Shown: positions 1 to 11,669, counted from the first letter of the stretch. The stretch is DNA of 64,000 nt from Alphaproteobacteria bacterium (GCA_963555825.3 CAUVXB020000002.1:2976001-3040000); one strand, 5' to 3'. Made by a program: numbers and translations. The notes: generated by a model not told the origin, from the letters alone.

Positions 1-1949
1 GCGACGCGACACTGGTGACGCACAAGGTGCTGTCGACGCCCGAGGCGATCCACGCGGCGGTGCTGAGCGCGCTCGACGAGGCCGACGTCGTGCTCGACGA
101 TGCGCGCGCGGTGGTGCACGGCTCGACAGTCGCGACCAACGCGCTGCTGATGCGGCGCGGCGCGGTGACCGGGCTTTTGACCACCGAGGGCTTCCGCGAC
201 GTCATCGAAATCGGCACCCACGACCGCGCAGGCAACGTGTACGAAATCTTCTATCGCAAGCCGCGCCCGCCGATCGCGCGGCGTTTCGTGCGCGAGGTGC
301 CCGAGCGCATCCAGGCGGACGGCCAGGTGGTGCGGCCGATCGATCTCGACGCCGTCTGGACGCAGGCCAAGGCGATGATCGACGAAGGCGTCGGCGCGAT
401 CGCCATATGCTTCCTGCACTCGTACCGCAACCAGGCCCATGAAGCATCCGCGGCGGCACTGGTGCGCGAGCGCGCGCCGGGCATTTTCGTCACCGCGAGC
501 CACGAGATATCGCCCGAGTTCCGCGAGTACGAGCGCACCATGACGACGGCGGTCAACGCCTTCGTCGGGCCGGTCGTCAAGGGCTATATCGACGAACTCG
601 CCGACGGACTGGGCCAGCGCGGCTTCGCCGGCGCGCTGCAGATCATGCAGTCGAACGGCGGCATCATGCCGGCCAGCGCGGCCGGCGACCACGCCGCGCG
701 CATCCTGCTGTCGGGCCCGGCCGCCGGCGTGCGCGGCGCGATGTGGTTCGCGCGCCGCTCGGGCGTCGAGAACGCGGTGACGCTCGACATGGGCGGCACC
801 AGCTCCGACGTCTGCCTGGCGCCCGGGCTGGAGCCCGGTACGACGGTGGAGATGAAGATCGACGGCCTGCCGGTGCGCTGCCCGGCGAGCGACATCGCCA
901 CCGTCGGCGCCGGCGGCGGCTCGATCGCGAGCATCGATCCGGGCGGCTTCCTGACCGTCGGCCCGCAGAGCGCCGGCGCGCTGCCCGGCCCGGCGTGTTA
1001 CGACCGGGGCGGCGAGGCGCCGACCGTGACCGACGCCCAGGTCGTCGCCGGCATCCTCAGGCCCGAGCGTTTCCTCGGCGGCCGCATGACGCTGGCGCCC
1101 GAGCGCGCGCGCCGCGCGATCGAGACGCTCGGCCTCGACGGCGCCGTCGAGGCGGCCGCCGACAGTATCCTGCGCGTCGTCAACTCGAACATGGCCGCGG
1201 CGCTGCGCCTGGTCTCGACCGAGCGCGGCATCGACCCGCGCGACTATGTCCTGGTCGCCTATGGCGGCGGCGGGCCGCTGCACGCCGCGATGGTTGCCGA
1301 CGAGCTCGGCATCGGCCGCGTTCTGGTGCCCTGGTCGCCGGGCTTGGTCTCGGCGTTCGGCCTGCTCGTCGCCGACCCGATGATCGATCTGGCGCGCACG
1401 CGCATCCATGCGGTCGACGACGAGACGCTGAGCGCCACGGTGATGTCTGAACTGACGCGGGAAGGGTTAGCCGCCGCGACAGCGCAGGGTGTCGAGGAGA
1501 GCGGCCGCGAGGTGCGCATCGCGCTCGATCTGCGCTATGTTGGCCAAGCCTATGAGCTGACCGTCTGGTTCGACGGGCCGGCGGCGAGCGGCGACGACAT
1601 CCGGGCGGCGTTCGGCGCGGCGCACAACCAGCGTTACGGCTATGCCCGCGAGCGCCGCACCGTCGAATGCGTCAACTACCGCATCCGCGTCGCCCAGCGC
1701 AACGAGGCCGAGCTGTCGCCGCCGATCGCCGATGCCGGCGTCGAGCCCCGGCTGGATGAGGGCGATGTCAAGCTGGCCGGCCAGGCGGTGACCGCGACCT
1801 TCGCCGACCGCGCGAGCCTGGCGCCGGGCTTCGCACTCGACGGCCCGGCGGTGATCGAGGAACCGACGGCGACGACCGTCGTGCCGCCCGGCTGGCGCGC
1901 GCGGGTGCTCGAGAGCGGCGATATCATGATCGAAAGGACCGTATCGTGA
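1..1949 (+). CDS. Hydantoinase/5-oxoprolinase family, ATP-binding (A) subunit; 5' end lies outside the window
   Basis: VVHGSTVATNA, LSGPAAG, TLDMGGTSSD, GAGGGSIA, GPQSAGALPGPACY and YGGGGPLHA motifs; overlaps the next gene by GTGA/ATGA-type coupling. Confidence 0.9.
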   Translation, partial: DATLVTHKVLSTPEAIHAAVLSALDEADVVLDDARAVVHGSTVATNALLMRRGAVTGLLTTEGFRDVIEIGTHDRAGNVYEIFYRKPRPPIARRFVREVPERIQADGQVVRPIDLDAVWTQAKAMIDEGVGAIAICFLHSYRNQAHEASAAALVRERAPGIFVTASHEISPEFREYERTMTTAVNAFVGPVVKGYIDELADGLGQRGFAGALQIMQSNGGIMPASAAGDHAARILLSGPAAGVRGAMWFARRSGVENAVTLDMGGTSSDVCLAPGLEPGTTVEMKIDGLPVRCPASDIATVGAGGGSIASIDPGGFLTVGPQSAGALPGPACYDRGGEAPTVTDAQVVAGILRPERFLGGRMTLAPERARRAIETLGLDGAVEAAADSILRVVNSNMAAALRLVSTERGIDPRDYVLVAYGGGGPLHAAMVADELGIGRVLVPWSPGLVSAFGLLVADPMIDLARTRIHAVDDETLSATVMSELTREGLAAATAQGVEESGREVRIALDLRYVGQAYELTVWFDGPAASGDDIRAAFGAAHNQRYGYARERRTVECVNYRIRVAQRNEAELSPPIADAGVEPRLDEGDVKLAGQAVTATFADRASLAPGFALDGPAVIEEPTATTVVPPGWRARVLESGDIMIERTVS

Positions 1950-3619
1950 CCGACACAATGGATGCTACGACCGTTTCCATCATCGCGCGCGGCCTGCACG
2001 CCGCGGCCGAGGAAATGGGCGCCAACCTGATACGCTCGGCGTTCTCGACCGTGGTGCGCGAGGCGCGTGACTGCTCGACAGCGCTGTTGGACCCGGGCGG
2101 CAACATCTGCGCCCAGGCCGAGATGATCCCGATGCAGACCGCGGCGCTCTCGATGTCGTTCAAGGCGGCGACGGCGGCGCTCGATCTGGAGACCGTCACG
2201 CCCGGCCTGGGCATTTTCATGAACGATCCCTACCACGGCGGCCAGCACCTCAACGACCTGATCCTGTTCACGCCGATCTTCGAGGGCGACGTGCTGTTGG
2301 GCTATGCCGGCTCGACCGCGCACCACCTCGACATCGGCGGCGCCACCGCGGGCGTCACGACCCAGGCGAAGGAGCTGATCCAGGAGGGCCTGGTGTTCCC
2401 GCCGATCCTGTTCGACGTCGCGCGCGACTGGAACGGCGGCATGCTCGAGAAATTCCTGGCCGCCAACATCCGCGTTCCCGAGATCGGCGTTGGCGACATG
2501 AATGCCCAGTTCGCCGCCAACTACACTGGCGCCGAGCGGGTCCGCGAGCTGGCCCGGAAATACGGCGCCGAGGGCCTATGGCAGGCGATGGCCGAGGTCC
2601 AGGATTACAGCGAGCGCCGGGTGCGCGCCGGCATCGAGGCGATCCCCGACGGCGTCTATTCGGGCGAGGCATTCCTCGACGAGGACGTCTTCGACCCGAA
2701 CCCGGTGCGCGTCGCGGTCGAGGTCAAGGTCGCGGGCTCGGACATCTGGATGGACTTCACGGGCACCGACGCGCAGCTCAAGAGCATGTTCAACTGCCCG
2801 ATCTCGTCGGCCCACGCCGCCGCCTTCGCCGCCGTGCGCTGCATCATGCCCGACAAGGACATTCCGGCGAACGACGGCTGCAACCGGCCGCTGCACCTGA
2901 ATTTTCCCAAGGGCAGCCTGCTCAACCCCAACCCGCCGGCGCCGGTCCGCGCGCGCATGACCTCGGCCTACCGCGCCTTCGATGCGATCCACGCCGCGTT
3001 GTCGCAAGCCGTGCCCGAGCGCGTGCCGGCCCAGGGCTACAACTGCACCACCGCGTTCTACATCTCGCAGCAGCGCGACGACGGCGGGTTCCGCGTGCTC
3101 GCCGATATCCTGGGCGGCGGTTATGGCGCCGGCCACGGCTACGACGGCGCCGACGCGGTCGATTGCGTGCTGAGCAATTGCCGCAACACGCCGATCGAAT
3201 CGATCGAGCAGATCCACCCCCATCTGCGCATGCGCGCCTATACTCTGACGCCCGATTCGGGCGGCCCCGGCGAATGGCGCGGCGGTCTCGGATTCAGCCG
3301 CGAGGTCGAGGTGCTCGAGGACGGCGTCTTCCTCAACATCTACACCGATCACTTCAAGTTCCCGCCCAAGGGCTTCGACGGCGGTAAACCGGGTAACACC
3401 GGCAGCCTGTCGGTGCGGCGTGGCGGCCAGGTCATGCCGCTCACCTCGATGGCCGACTTCGACCTCGCGCCGGGCGACGTGGTGCGATTGACGACCGGCG
3501 GCGGCGGTGGCTACGGCGATCCGAAGAAGCGGCCACGCGCCGCGGTCGAGAAGGACGTCGAGGACGGCCGCATCAGCCATTCGCACGCCGCCGAGGCGTA
3601 TGGCTACGCCGCCGAGTAA
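1946..3619 (+). CDS. Hydantoinase B/oxoprolinase family subunit
   Basis: RSAFSTVVRE, NDPYHGGQHLND, HHLDIGG, SGGPGEWRGG, TGGGGGYGDP motifs. Confidence 0.92.
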   Translation: MTDTMDATTVSIIARGLHAAAEEMGANLIRSAFSTVVREARDCSTALLDPGGNICAQAEMIPMQTAALSMSFKAATAALDLETVTPGLGIFMNDPYHGGQHLNDLILFTPIFEGDVLLGYAGSTAHHLDIGGATAGVTTQAKELIQEGLVFPPILFDVARDWNGGMLEKFLAANIRVPEIGVGDMNAQFAANYTGAERVRELARKYGAEGLWQAMAEVQDYSERRVRAGIEAIPDGVYSGEAFLDEDVFDPNPVRVAVEVKVAGSDIWMDFTGTDAQLKSMFNCPISSAHAAAFAAVRCIMPDKDIPANDGCNRPLHLNFPKGSLLNPNPPAPVRARMTSAYRAFDAIHAALSQAVPERVPAQGYNCTTAFYISQQRDDGGFRVLADILGGGYGAGHGYDGADAVDCVLSNCRNTPIESIEQIHPHLRMRAYTLTPDSGGPGEWRGGLGFSREVEVLEDGVFLNIYTDHFKFPPKGFDGGKPGNTGSLSVRRGGQVMPLTSMADFDLAPGDVVRLTTGGGGGYGDPKKRPRAAVEKDVEDGRISHSHAAEAYGYAAE

Positions 3620-3629
3620 GGCCGCCGCG

Positions 3630-5324
3630 ATGAACCAGCCCAATGGCGGCGAGGCGCTGGTGCGCCTCCTGGAACTGCATGGCGTCGAGGTCATATTCGG
3701 GCTGTGCGGCGACACCAGCCTGCCGTTCTACGACGCGCTGCAGCGGCTCGATCATGGCATGCGCCACGTCCTGACGCGCGACGAGCGCTCGGCCGCCTAT
3801 ATGGCCGACGGCTATGCGCGCGTCTCGGGCAAGGTCGGCGTCTGCGAGGGGCCGTCAGGCGGCGGCGCGACCTACATCCTGCCCGGCGTCGTCGAGGCCA
3901 ACGAGTCCTCGGTGCCGATCCTGGCGATCACGACCGACATCTCGGTGTCCTCGCGCGGCCGCTTCGCGCTGACCGAGCTCGACCAACGGGCGCTGTTCCG
4001 ACCGCTCAGCAAATGGAACACAATGCTCGATTCTTCGGCCGAGCTGCCCGGCGCGGTGCGCACCGCGTTTCGCGAGATGACGTCCGCGCGGCCCGGGGCC
4101 GCGCATATCGGACTGCCCTTCGATGTCCAGAACGGCCCGGTCGACGAGGCCGAGCTGTGGGCCGAGCGCGAATTCGGCGCCTATCCGGCGACCCGGGGGG
4201 CGCCCGACGCGACTGACGTGGCACGCGCGGCGGACGTGTTGGGTGCGGCCGCGCGGCCGCTCATCATCTGCGGCGGCGGGGTCGTCATCTCGGGCGCCGA
4301 GGCGGCGCTCCAACGCCTCGCCGAATTGCTCGGCGCGCCGGTCGCGACCTCGATCAGCGGCAAGGGCAGCATCGTCGACGACCACCCGCTTGCGCTCGGC
4401 GTCGTCGGCAGCAACGGCGGCACCGAGGAGACCCGCGCCGTCGTCGATCAGGCCGACGTCGTCCTGTTCGTCGGCGCGCGCGCCGGCTCGGTGACCACCG
4501 AACGCTGGCGCCACCCCGACCCCGACGCCGTGCGCGTCGTGCATATCGACGCCGATCCGCGCGTCATCGGCGCCAACTACGAGACCGCGGCCGGGTTGGT
4601 CGGCGACGCGCGGTTGTGCCTCGAGGCGCTGGCCGGCGAGATCGAGGGGCGCGCCAACGCGGCGCCCGAACGGACGCTGGGCGCCGACGCGGTGGCCCGG
4701 GCGAAGGCCGAGAAGTTCGCCGCCTTCGACGCGCTGGCGCGTTCCGACGAAACGCCGATCCGGCCCGAGCGCCTGGTTGCCGATCTCGAGGCGGTGCTGC
4801 CCGAGGACGCCGTGGTGGTCGCCGACCCGGGGACGCCGTGTCCCTACCTCGCGGGCTATTACCGGGTCGCGCGCACCGGGCGCCACATGTTCTCGAACCG
4901 CGCCCACGGGGCGCTCGGCTATTCGCTGCCGGCGGCGCTCGGCGCGGCCTTCGCGCGGCCCGACGCCACGGTCGTCTCGGTGATGGGCGACGGCAGCTTC
5001 GGCTTCGTCGCCGGCGAGCTCGAGACCGTCCAGCGGCTCGGGCTTCCCGTCACCTTCGTCGTCGTCTCGAACGCGACCTTCGGCTGGATCAAGGCGGGCC
5101 AGCGTGCCGGCTACCAAGGCCGCTACTTCTCGGTCGACTTCACGGCGACCGATCACGCCCGCGTCGCCGAGGCCTATGGCGTCAAGAGCTGGCGCGTGAC
5201 CGAGCCCGGCGAGCTGCGCAAGGCGCTCGGCGCGGCCATCGATTCGGGCGGCCCGGCGCTGGTCGACGTCGTCTGTCAGCCCTTGCACGAGGCCCGCGCG
5301 CCGGTCTCGGAGTGGGTCGCCTGA
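3630..5324 (+). CDS. Thiamine-diphosphate-dependent enzyme, acetolactate-synthase-like family
   Basis: N-terminal GGEALV..L...GVE.IFG, RDERSAAYMADGYAR, ThDP motif GDGSF...N; start moved to ATG 3630. Confidence 0.88.
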   Translation: MNQPNGGEALVRLLELHGVEVIFGLCGDTSLPFYDALQRLDHGMRHVLTRDERSAAYMADGYARVSGKVGVCEGPSGGGATYILPGVVEANESSVPILAITTDISVSSRGRFALTELDQRALFRPLSKWNTMLDSSAELPGAVRTAFREMTSARPGAAHIGLPFDVQNGPVDEAELWAEREFGAYPATRGAPDATDVARAADVLGAAARPLIICGGGVVISGAEAALQRLAELLGAPVATSISGKGSIVDDHPLALGVVGSNGGTEETRAVVDQADVVLFVGARAGSVTTERWRHPDPDAVRVVHIDADPRVIGANYETAAGLVGDARLCLEALAGEIEGRANAAPERTLGADAVARAKAEKFAAFDALARSDETPIRPERLVADLEAVLPEDAVVVADPGTPCPYLAGYYRVARTGRHMFSNRAHGALGYSLPAALGAAFARPDATVVSVMGDGSFGFVAGELETVQRLGLPVTFVVVSNATFGWIKAGQRAGYQGRYFSVDFTATDHARVAEAYGVKSWRVTEPGELRKALGAAIDSGGPALVDVVCQPLHEARAPVSEWVA

Positions 5325-5374
5325 GCCACAGGGGTGCCGAAGGGTCACACCGTCGGCGACTCCGACAGTTGACT

Positions 5375-5389
5375 GAACGTTCACCGAAC
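5375..5389 (+). promoter_or_regulatory. Alphaproteobacterial LexA (SOS) box 1
   Basis: GAAC-GTTCACC-GAAC = GAAC-N7-GAAC upstream of recA. Confidence 0.7.
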
Positions 5390-5442
5390 CCATCAAGAAT
5401 ATTGGTTTCTAATCAACAACTTAACAAATTTGTTGCGTAACG

Positions 5443-5457
5443 GAACAAACTATGTAC
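5443..5457 (+). promoter_or_regulatory. Alphaproteobacterial LexA (SOS) box 2
   Basis: GAAC-AAACTAT-GTAC = GAAC-N7-GTAC in the AT-rich recA promoter region. Confidence 0.75.
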
Positions 5458-5509
5458 AACTATTGCCGTTGCGCTCTTCCGAGCGCTATGGAATAACGGA
5501 GGTGGCATC

Positions 5510-6589
<1,080 letters not shown>

Positions 6590-6729
6590 GGCGACTCTAG
6601 GGCCACTGTGAATGGGAACGCTGGTGAAGCCCGCCGTAAATTGCGGTCGAGAATCTTGTGTCGCAGTGGGCGGGTCATTTTCGCTGGGAGGTCCAACGAT
6701 ACTGCTATATGTTGGGGGAGGAGATGCCA

Positions 6730-7653
6730 ATGGAACAAAATGTTCTATTCCCCGAATTAACCCGTGAAGATGCTGGCAGGGCCAATGTCGAGCGTAGTGA
6801 CACGGTAGCTGCGCCGGCGGTGGCGGACGCCCATATGGCGTGCGAAGACAACCTGGACTTCATGCGGCGTCTTCCCAACGGGTGTATGAAGCTCGTCGTT
6901 ACATCGCCTCCTTACAACATCGGCAAATCGTACGAGCGGCGCTCACATCTCGACGCATATGTAGAGCAGCAGACCCGCGTAATTTCCGAATGTGTTCGCC
7001 TCACGCACAGCGAGGGGTCAATTTGCTGGCAGGTCGGCAATCATGTCGACAAGGGTGAAGTGGTGCCGCTCGACACCATTCTCTATCCCATCTTCAAGAG
7101 CCATGGGTTCAAGCTTAGAAATCGAATTGTTTGGCACTTCGAGCATGGCTTGCATTGCTCGAAACGGCTCTCGGGCCGGTACGAGACCATCATGTGGTTT
7201 ACCAAAGAGGATTGCTACACCTTCAACCTCGACCCGATTCGGATTCCATCAAAGTACCCCAATAAGAAGTACTTCAAAGGCCCCAAGCGTGGACAGTTGT
7301 CAGGGAACCCGAATGGCAAAAATCCGAGTGACGTTTGGGTGATTCCTAACGTTAAGAACAACCATGTTGAGAAGACAATTCATCCGTGTCAGTTCCCAGT
7401 CGACCTAGTCGAACGCTTGGTTCTGTCGATGACTAATTGCGGCGATTGGGTGTTCGATCCCTATATGGGGGTCGGAAGCGCGATTGTAGCGGCCGTGAAG
7501 CACCAACGGGTCGGCTATGGTTGCGATATCGTCCAGCAGTATGTCGATGTGGCGTGGCAGCGGCTAAACGAGCTACGCGCTGGCAGCCTGAAGACCCGGC
7601 CAATGAATCGGCCGGTATACGACCCGAGCAAACCCTATGGCGGCCATCGGTGA
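6730..7653 (+). CDS. Type II DNA methyltransferase, beta class, probably N4-cytosine (BstYI/BglII-like system)
   Basis: Motif IV VTSPPYN precedes HPCQFP and motif I DPYMGVGS; GGGGAGGAG RBS; lower GC than flanks; GTGA overlap with the nuclease gene. Confidence 0.9.
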   Translation: MEQNVLFPELTREDAGRANVERSDTVAAPAVADAHMACEDNLDFMRRLPNGCMKLVVTSPPYNIGKSYERRSHLDAYVEQQTRVISECVRLTHSEGSICWQVGNHVDKGEVVPLDTILYPIFKSHGFKLRNRIVWHFEHGLHCSKRLSGRYETIMWFTKEDCYTFNLDPIRIPSKYPNKKYFKGPKRGQLSGNPNGKNPSDVWVIPNVKNNHVEKTIHPCQFPVDLVERLVLSMTNCGDWVFDPYMGVGSAIVAAVKHQRVGYGCDIVQQYVDVAWQRLNELRAGSLKTRPMNRPVYDPSKPYGGHR

Positions 7654-8525
7654 GAATCGCCGACCATTACTCGCACCTAAATGACTTAGAATTTCTTCAG
7701 GTCCACAAACCGTACCTTTGGGAGGAAATTCAGAACGTTATCGATTCTGTAGACGCGGAAGCCTGCAAGACGAAAATTTCGAAGGAGCGAGGGATGGAGG
7801 GCAAGTTGCTGTATGCTCCGATAGAGATGAATAATACCAAGGAGCAGTGATAAAGACTCATAGAGATCGCGTCCGCTTTTCGCCGGGTAGGAAGGGAGCC
7901 GCAGGCGATTCAGCGCATCGGCTAGGCTTCCTGACGCCCTCCGGCGATAAGCGGCCGCGACCCGTAGGGCGGCTTGCCGAGGCCCTCGGACGTCGTTCCG
8001 CCCGCCTTGTGATGCGCTGCATCACCGCGACGGGCGCGCCTAGCCGAGAACCACGGCAAGCCGTCTCTATGGGTCTTTATCACTGCTCCTTGGTATAAAT
8101 CCATGAAGGCGGCCTTCAAGGCACTGGGCTGGACGGAGCGCCGGACGTCGTATTGGGTAACGGGAGACGCGAAACTAATTCGCAAGACGATGCATATGCC
8201 CCAGGACCAACAAAAGAAGGAGATTGAAGCCGCGGGCGTAACGCCAATCTACTCATACAACCAAACCGACTTCGAGAAAGAACGCGTCGCCGTTGAAGTT
8301 CAGTTCGGCAAATACTCTTTCGTGGCGTTCGATCTGTTCGTCAAGCACATGGCGTTCTTCGTCGGGGACATAATCGATGTGGGCGTCGAGATATTGCCGG
8401 CGAAAGAACTCCAAGCGCATATGTCGTCAGGACCATCCTACTACGAGAGAGAGCTATACAATCTCATCCGCGAGGGTCGTGGTGTGCCTGCAGTGCCGCT
8501 TGTATTAGTTGGTGTTGCACAATAG
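7650..8525 (+). pseudogene. BstYI/BglII-family type II restriction endonuclease interrupted by a MITE
   Basis: GTG 7650 [18 protein letters not shown]...LLYAPIEMN, then [insertion], then KSMKAAFKALGW...YNQTDFEKERVAVEVQFGKYSFVAFDLFVKH...GRGVPAVPLVLVG. Closely resembles R.BstYI as recalled; deleting 7835-8098 restores one frame. Confidence 0.88.
7835..8095. mobile_element. 261-bp MITE-like element, 32-bp TIRs, TAA target-site duplication
   Basis: Left TACCAAGGAGCAGTGATAAAGACTCATAGAGA vs reverse complement of right TACCAAGGAGCAGTGATAAAGACCCATAGAGA (1 mismatch); TAA at 7832-7834 and 8096-8098; no transposase. Confidence 0.93.
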
Positions 8526-8682
8526 TCGCGTCCGTCGGCGCGCGTTCGGTGGGACGTGACGCAACCTATCGCGTTGGATATTTGTGCACCGCATTCCCAA
8601 CCGTGACTGTGGACAGCCGGGGCTGCCGGTTGTAAATGGCGTATCCCGCCGGTCGCCTCGACTGGCGCGAGGGGCAGGAGCG

Positions 8683-11313
8683 ATGCAGACCGCGAACGAC
8701 ATTCGCACGGCGTTTCTGGAGTATTTCCGCCGTCACGGCCATGAGGTCGTGGCGTCGGGCCCGCTGGTGCCCAGCAACGACCCGACGCTGTTGTTCACCA
8801 ACGCCGGCATGGTGCAGTTCAAGAACGTCTTCACCGGCGCCGAGACGCGCGGCTACGACCGCGCGGTGACCTCGCAGAAATGCGTGCGCGCGGGCGGCAA
8901 GCACAACGACCTCGACAACGTCGGCTACACCGCGCGCCACCACACCTTCTTCGAGATGCTCGGCAACTTCTCGTTCGGCGACTACTTCAAGGATATCGCC
9001 ATCGAGCTCGCCTGGGATCTGGTGACACGCGAATTCGGCCTCGACGCGGACCGTCTCTGGATCACCGTCTTCCACGACGACGACGAGGCGCACGCGCTGT
9101 GGCGCAAGATCGCCGGCCTGCCCGAAGAGCGCATCGTGCGCATCGCGACGAGCGACAATTTCTGGGCGATGGGCGATACCGGCCCGTGCGGCCCGTGCTC
9201 GGAGATCTTCTACGACCACGGCGCGGCGGTCGCGGGCGGCCCGCCCGGCAGCCCCGATCAGGACGGCGACCGCTACGTCGAGATCTGGAACCTCGTGTTC
9301 ATGCAATTCGAGCAGGTCACCAAGGCCGAGCGTATCGACCTGCCCAAGCCGTCGATCGACACCGGCATGGGGCTCGAGCGCATTGCCGCGGTGATGCAAG
9401 GCAAGCACGACCTCTACGACGTCGACCTGATGCGCCATATCATCGAAGCGTCGGCCGATGCCGCCGGCGTGCCGGTCGACGGTCCGCACGCCGCGGCGCA
9501 CAAGGTCATCGCCGACCATCTGCGCGCGTCGAGCTTCCTGCTGGCCGACGGCGTCATGCCGTCGAACGAGGGCCGCGGCTATGTGCTGCGGCGCATCATG
9601 CGCCGCGCCATGCGCCACGCCCACATGATGGGCTGCGTCGAGCCGCTGATGTGGCGCCTGGTGCCCGCGTTGACCGCCCAGATGGGCCAGGCGTTCCCCG
9701 AATTGGGCCGCGCCGAGGCGCTGATCAGCGAGACGCTCAAGCTCGAGGAGACGCGCTTCAAGCAGACGCTCGACCGCGGCCTTCGGCTCTTGGGCGAAGC
9801 GACGGCCAAGCTCGGCGACGGCGCGGCGCTGCCCGGCGAGTTCGCCTTCAAGCTCTACGACACGTACGGCTTCCCGCTCGATCTTACCGAGGACGTGCTG
9901 CGCGGCGAAGGTCGGGCGGTCGACCACGCCGGCTTCGATGCCGCGATGGAACGCCAGCGCGCCGCGGCGCGCGCCGCCTGGTCCGGCTCGGGTGACGCGG
10001 CGACCGAACGCGTCTGGTTCGAGATCCGTGACGACGTCGGCGCCGGCGAGTTTCTCGGCTATGCGGTCGACACGGCCGAGGCCAAGGTGCTTGCGTTGGT
10101 CGTCGACGGCGCGCGCGTCGAGCGCGCCGAGACCGGCGCCGAGGTCGCGATCGTCGTCAACCAGACGCCGTTCTATGGCGAGGCCGGCGGCCAGGTCGGC
10201 GACACCGGCGTGCTGAGCGCGGGCCCCGGCGTGCGCGTGACGATTACCGACACCCAGATGAAGGTCGGCGCGCTGCACGTCCATATCGGCACCGTCGCCG
10301 AGGGCGTGCTCGGCGTCGGCGACGTCGTCGATCTGGCGATCGAGGGCGACCGGCGAACGCTGTTGCGCGCCAACCACTCGGCGACCCATCTGATGCACGC
10401 GGCACTGCGCCGCCGGCTCGGCGATCACGTCACCCAGAAGGGCTCGCTGGTGGCGCCCGACCGGCTGCGCTTCGACTTCAGCCACACGCGGCCGCTTGCG
10501 GTCGAGGACCTCGCCGCGATCGAGGCCGAGGTCAACGACCATATCCGCCGCAACGCAACGGTCGAGACGACGATCATGAGCCCCGACGAGGCGGTGGCCG
10601 CCGGCGCCATGGCGCTGTTCGGCGAGAACTATGGCGACGAGGTGCGCGTGCTCGCCATGGGCGCAGACGGCGGTACGGCCTATTCGCTCGAACTCTGCGG
10701 CGGCACGCATGTCGCGCGCACCGGCGAGATCGGCCTGTTCAAGATCATCGGCGAGGGCGCCGTCGCGGCCGGCGTCCGGCGTATCGAGGCGCTGACCGGC
10801 GCGGCGGCCGAAGCTTACCTCAAGGAGCACGGGGAATATCTCCACGCTGCCGCGGCGCGGCTCAAGACGACGCCGGCCGAGCTGCCCGCGCGCATCGAGG
10901 CGTTGATTGAGCAGCGCAAGAAGCTCGAGCGCGAGATCGCCGAGCTGCGCCACCGACTCGCGACCGGTGGCGGCGCTGAGGTTCGCGAGGCGGGCGGCAT
11001 CAAGCTCGCCGCGCGCCGGCTCGACGGCACCCCGCCAAAGGAGCTGCGCGGCCTCGCCGATACGCTCAAGAAGCAGCTCGGCTCGGGCGTCGTCGCGCTG
11101 GTCACCGTTACGGATGGCAAGGCGGCGCTGGTCGTCGGCGTCACCGACGACCTGACCGACCGCCTCAGCGCGGTCGAGCTGGTGCGCGTCGGCGCCGAGG
11201 CGCTCGGCGGCACGGGCGGCGGCGGCCGGCCCGACATGGCGCAGGCCGGCGGCCCCGACGGCGACAAGGCCGACGCCGCGCTCGACGCCATCGAACGCGC
11301 CATCGCGGCGTAG
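8683..11313 (+). CDS. alaS: Alanine--tRNA ligase
   Basis: [67 protein letters not shown]; start moved to ATG 8683. Confidence 0.99.
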   Translation: MQTANDIRTAFLEYFRRHGHEVVASGPLVPSNDPTLLFTNAGMVQFKNVFTGAETRGYDRAVTSQKCVRAGGKHNDLDNVGYTARHHTFFEMLGNFSFGDYFKDIAIELAWDLVTREFGLDADRLWITVFHDDDEAHALWRKIAGLPEERIVRIATSDNFWAMGDTGPCGPCSEIFYDHGAAVAGGPPGSPDQDGDRYVEIWNLVFMQFEQVTKAERIDLPKPSIDTGMGLERIAAVMQGKHDLYDVDLMRHIIEASADAAGVPVDGPHAAAHKVIADHLRASSFLLADGVMPSNEGRGYVLRRIMRRAMRHAHMMGCVEPLMWRLVPALTAQMGQAFPELGRAEALISETLKLEETRFKQTLDRGLRLLGEATAKLGDGAALPGEFAFKLYDTYGFPLDLTEDVLRGEGRAVDHAGFDAAMERQRAAARAAWSGSGDAATERVWFEIRDDVGAGEFLGYAVDTAEAKVLALVVDGARVERAETGAEVAIVVNQTPFYGEAGGQVGDTGVLSAGPGVRVTITDTQMKVGALHVHIGTVAEGVLGVGDVVDLAIEGDRRTLLRANHSATHLMHAALRRRLGDHVTQKGSLVAPDRLRFDFSHTRPLAVEDLAAIEAEVNDHIRRNATVETTIMSPDEAVAAGAMALFGENYGDEVRVLAMGADGGTAYSLELCGGTHVARTGEIGLFKIIGEGAVAAGVRRIEALTGAAAEAYLKEHGEYLHAAAARLKTTPAELPARIEALIEQRKKLEREIAELRHRLATGGGAEVREAGGIKLAARRLDGTPPKELRGLADTLKKQLGSGVVALVTVTDGKAALVVGVTDDLTDRLSAVELVRVGAEALGGTGGGGRPDMAQAGGPDGDKADAALDAIERAIAA

Positions 11314-11324
11314 ATTCTCAGCTG

Positions 11325-11358
11325 ATAAAGAAATCCCCCTCCCGCGCGGGGAGGGGGA
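11325..11358 (-). terminator. Hairpin/terminator between convergent alaS and the small NPC-repeat gene
   Basis: TCCCCCTCCC-gcgcg-GGGAGGGGGA stem; followed by TTTCTTTAT on the minus strand. Confidence 0.55.
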
Positions 11359-11396
11359 CCGAAGGCTAGACGGACGCGGTTCGCCCGCGCGCGACC

Positions 11397-11669
11397 CTAA
11401 CGGCCGCCGTTGATGCCGAAGCCCGGGAAGCCGCGCAGCCCGAAGTGGGTCTGCGTCGCGCCGTAGGCGTCGCCCTTCGACCAGGCGGCCGAGGGGTTGC
11501 ACGGGTTGCAGGGATTGCACGGGTTGGCCGCCGCGCATGGGTTGGCCGCGGCGCAGGGATTGCCGGCGTCGGCGACCGTCTTGGGCGCACATTGGGCGAC
11601 CGCGTTGGCCACCATAGCGGTGCTCGCCATCGTCGCGATGGCGGCGGCGGCAAGGGCTTTCTTGATCAT
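11397..11669 (-). CDS. Small secreted Cys-rich protein with NPC repeats (90 aa)
   Basis: GAGGAG RBS, signal peptide MIKKALAAAAIATM...AVA, then GNPCAAANPCAAANPCNPCNPCNPS. Confidence 0.75.
   Translation of the reverse strand: MIKKALAAAAIATMASTAMVANAVAQCAPKTVADAGNPCAAANPCAAANPCNPCNPCNPSAAWSKGDAYGATQTHFGLRGFPGFGINGGR

Noticed and set aside
7835-8095. Self-splicing intron or intein in the nuclease
   Set aside because: Terminal inverted repeats and a target duplication indicate a DNA element; no group I/II or intein motifs, and in-frame stops are present
6600-8620. Weak inverted similarity between the R-M cassette flanks (TGGGAA.GC, TCCAACG) and attC-like GTCCAAC/GTTGG
   Set aside because: Short, gapped and within chance; no proper attC spacing and no integrase
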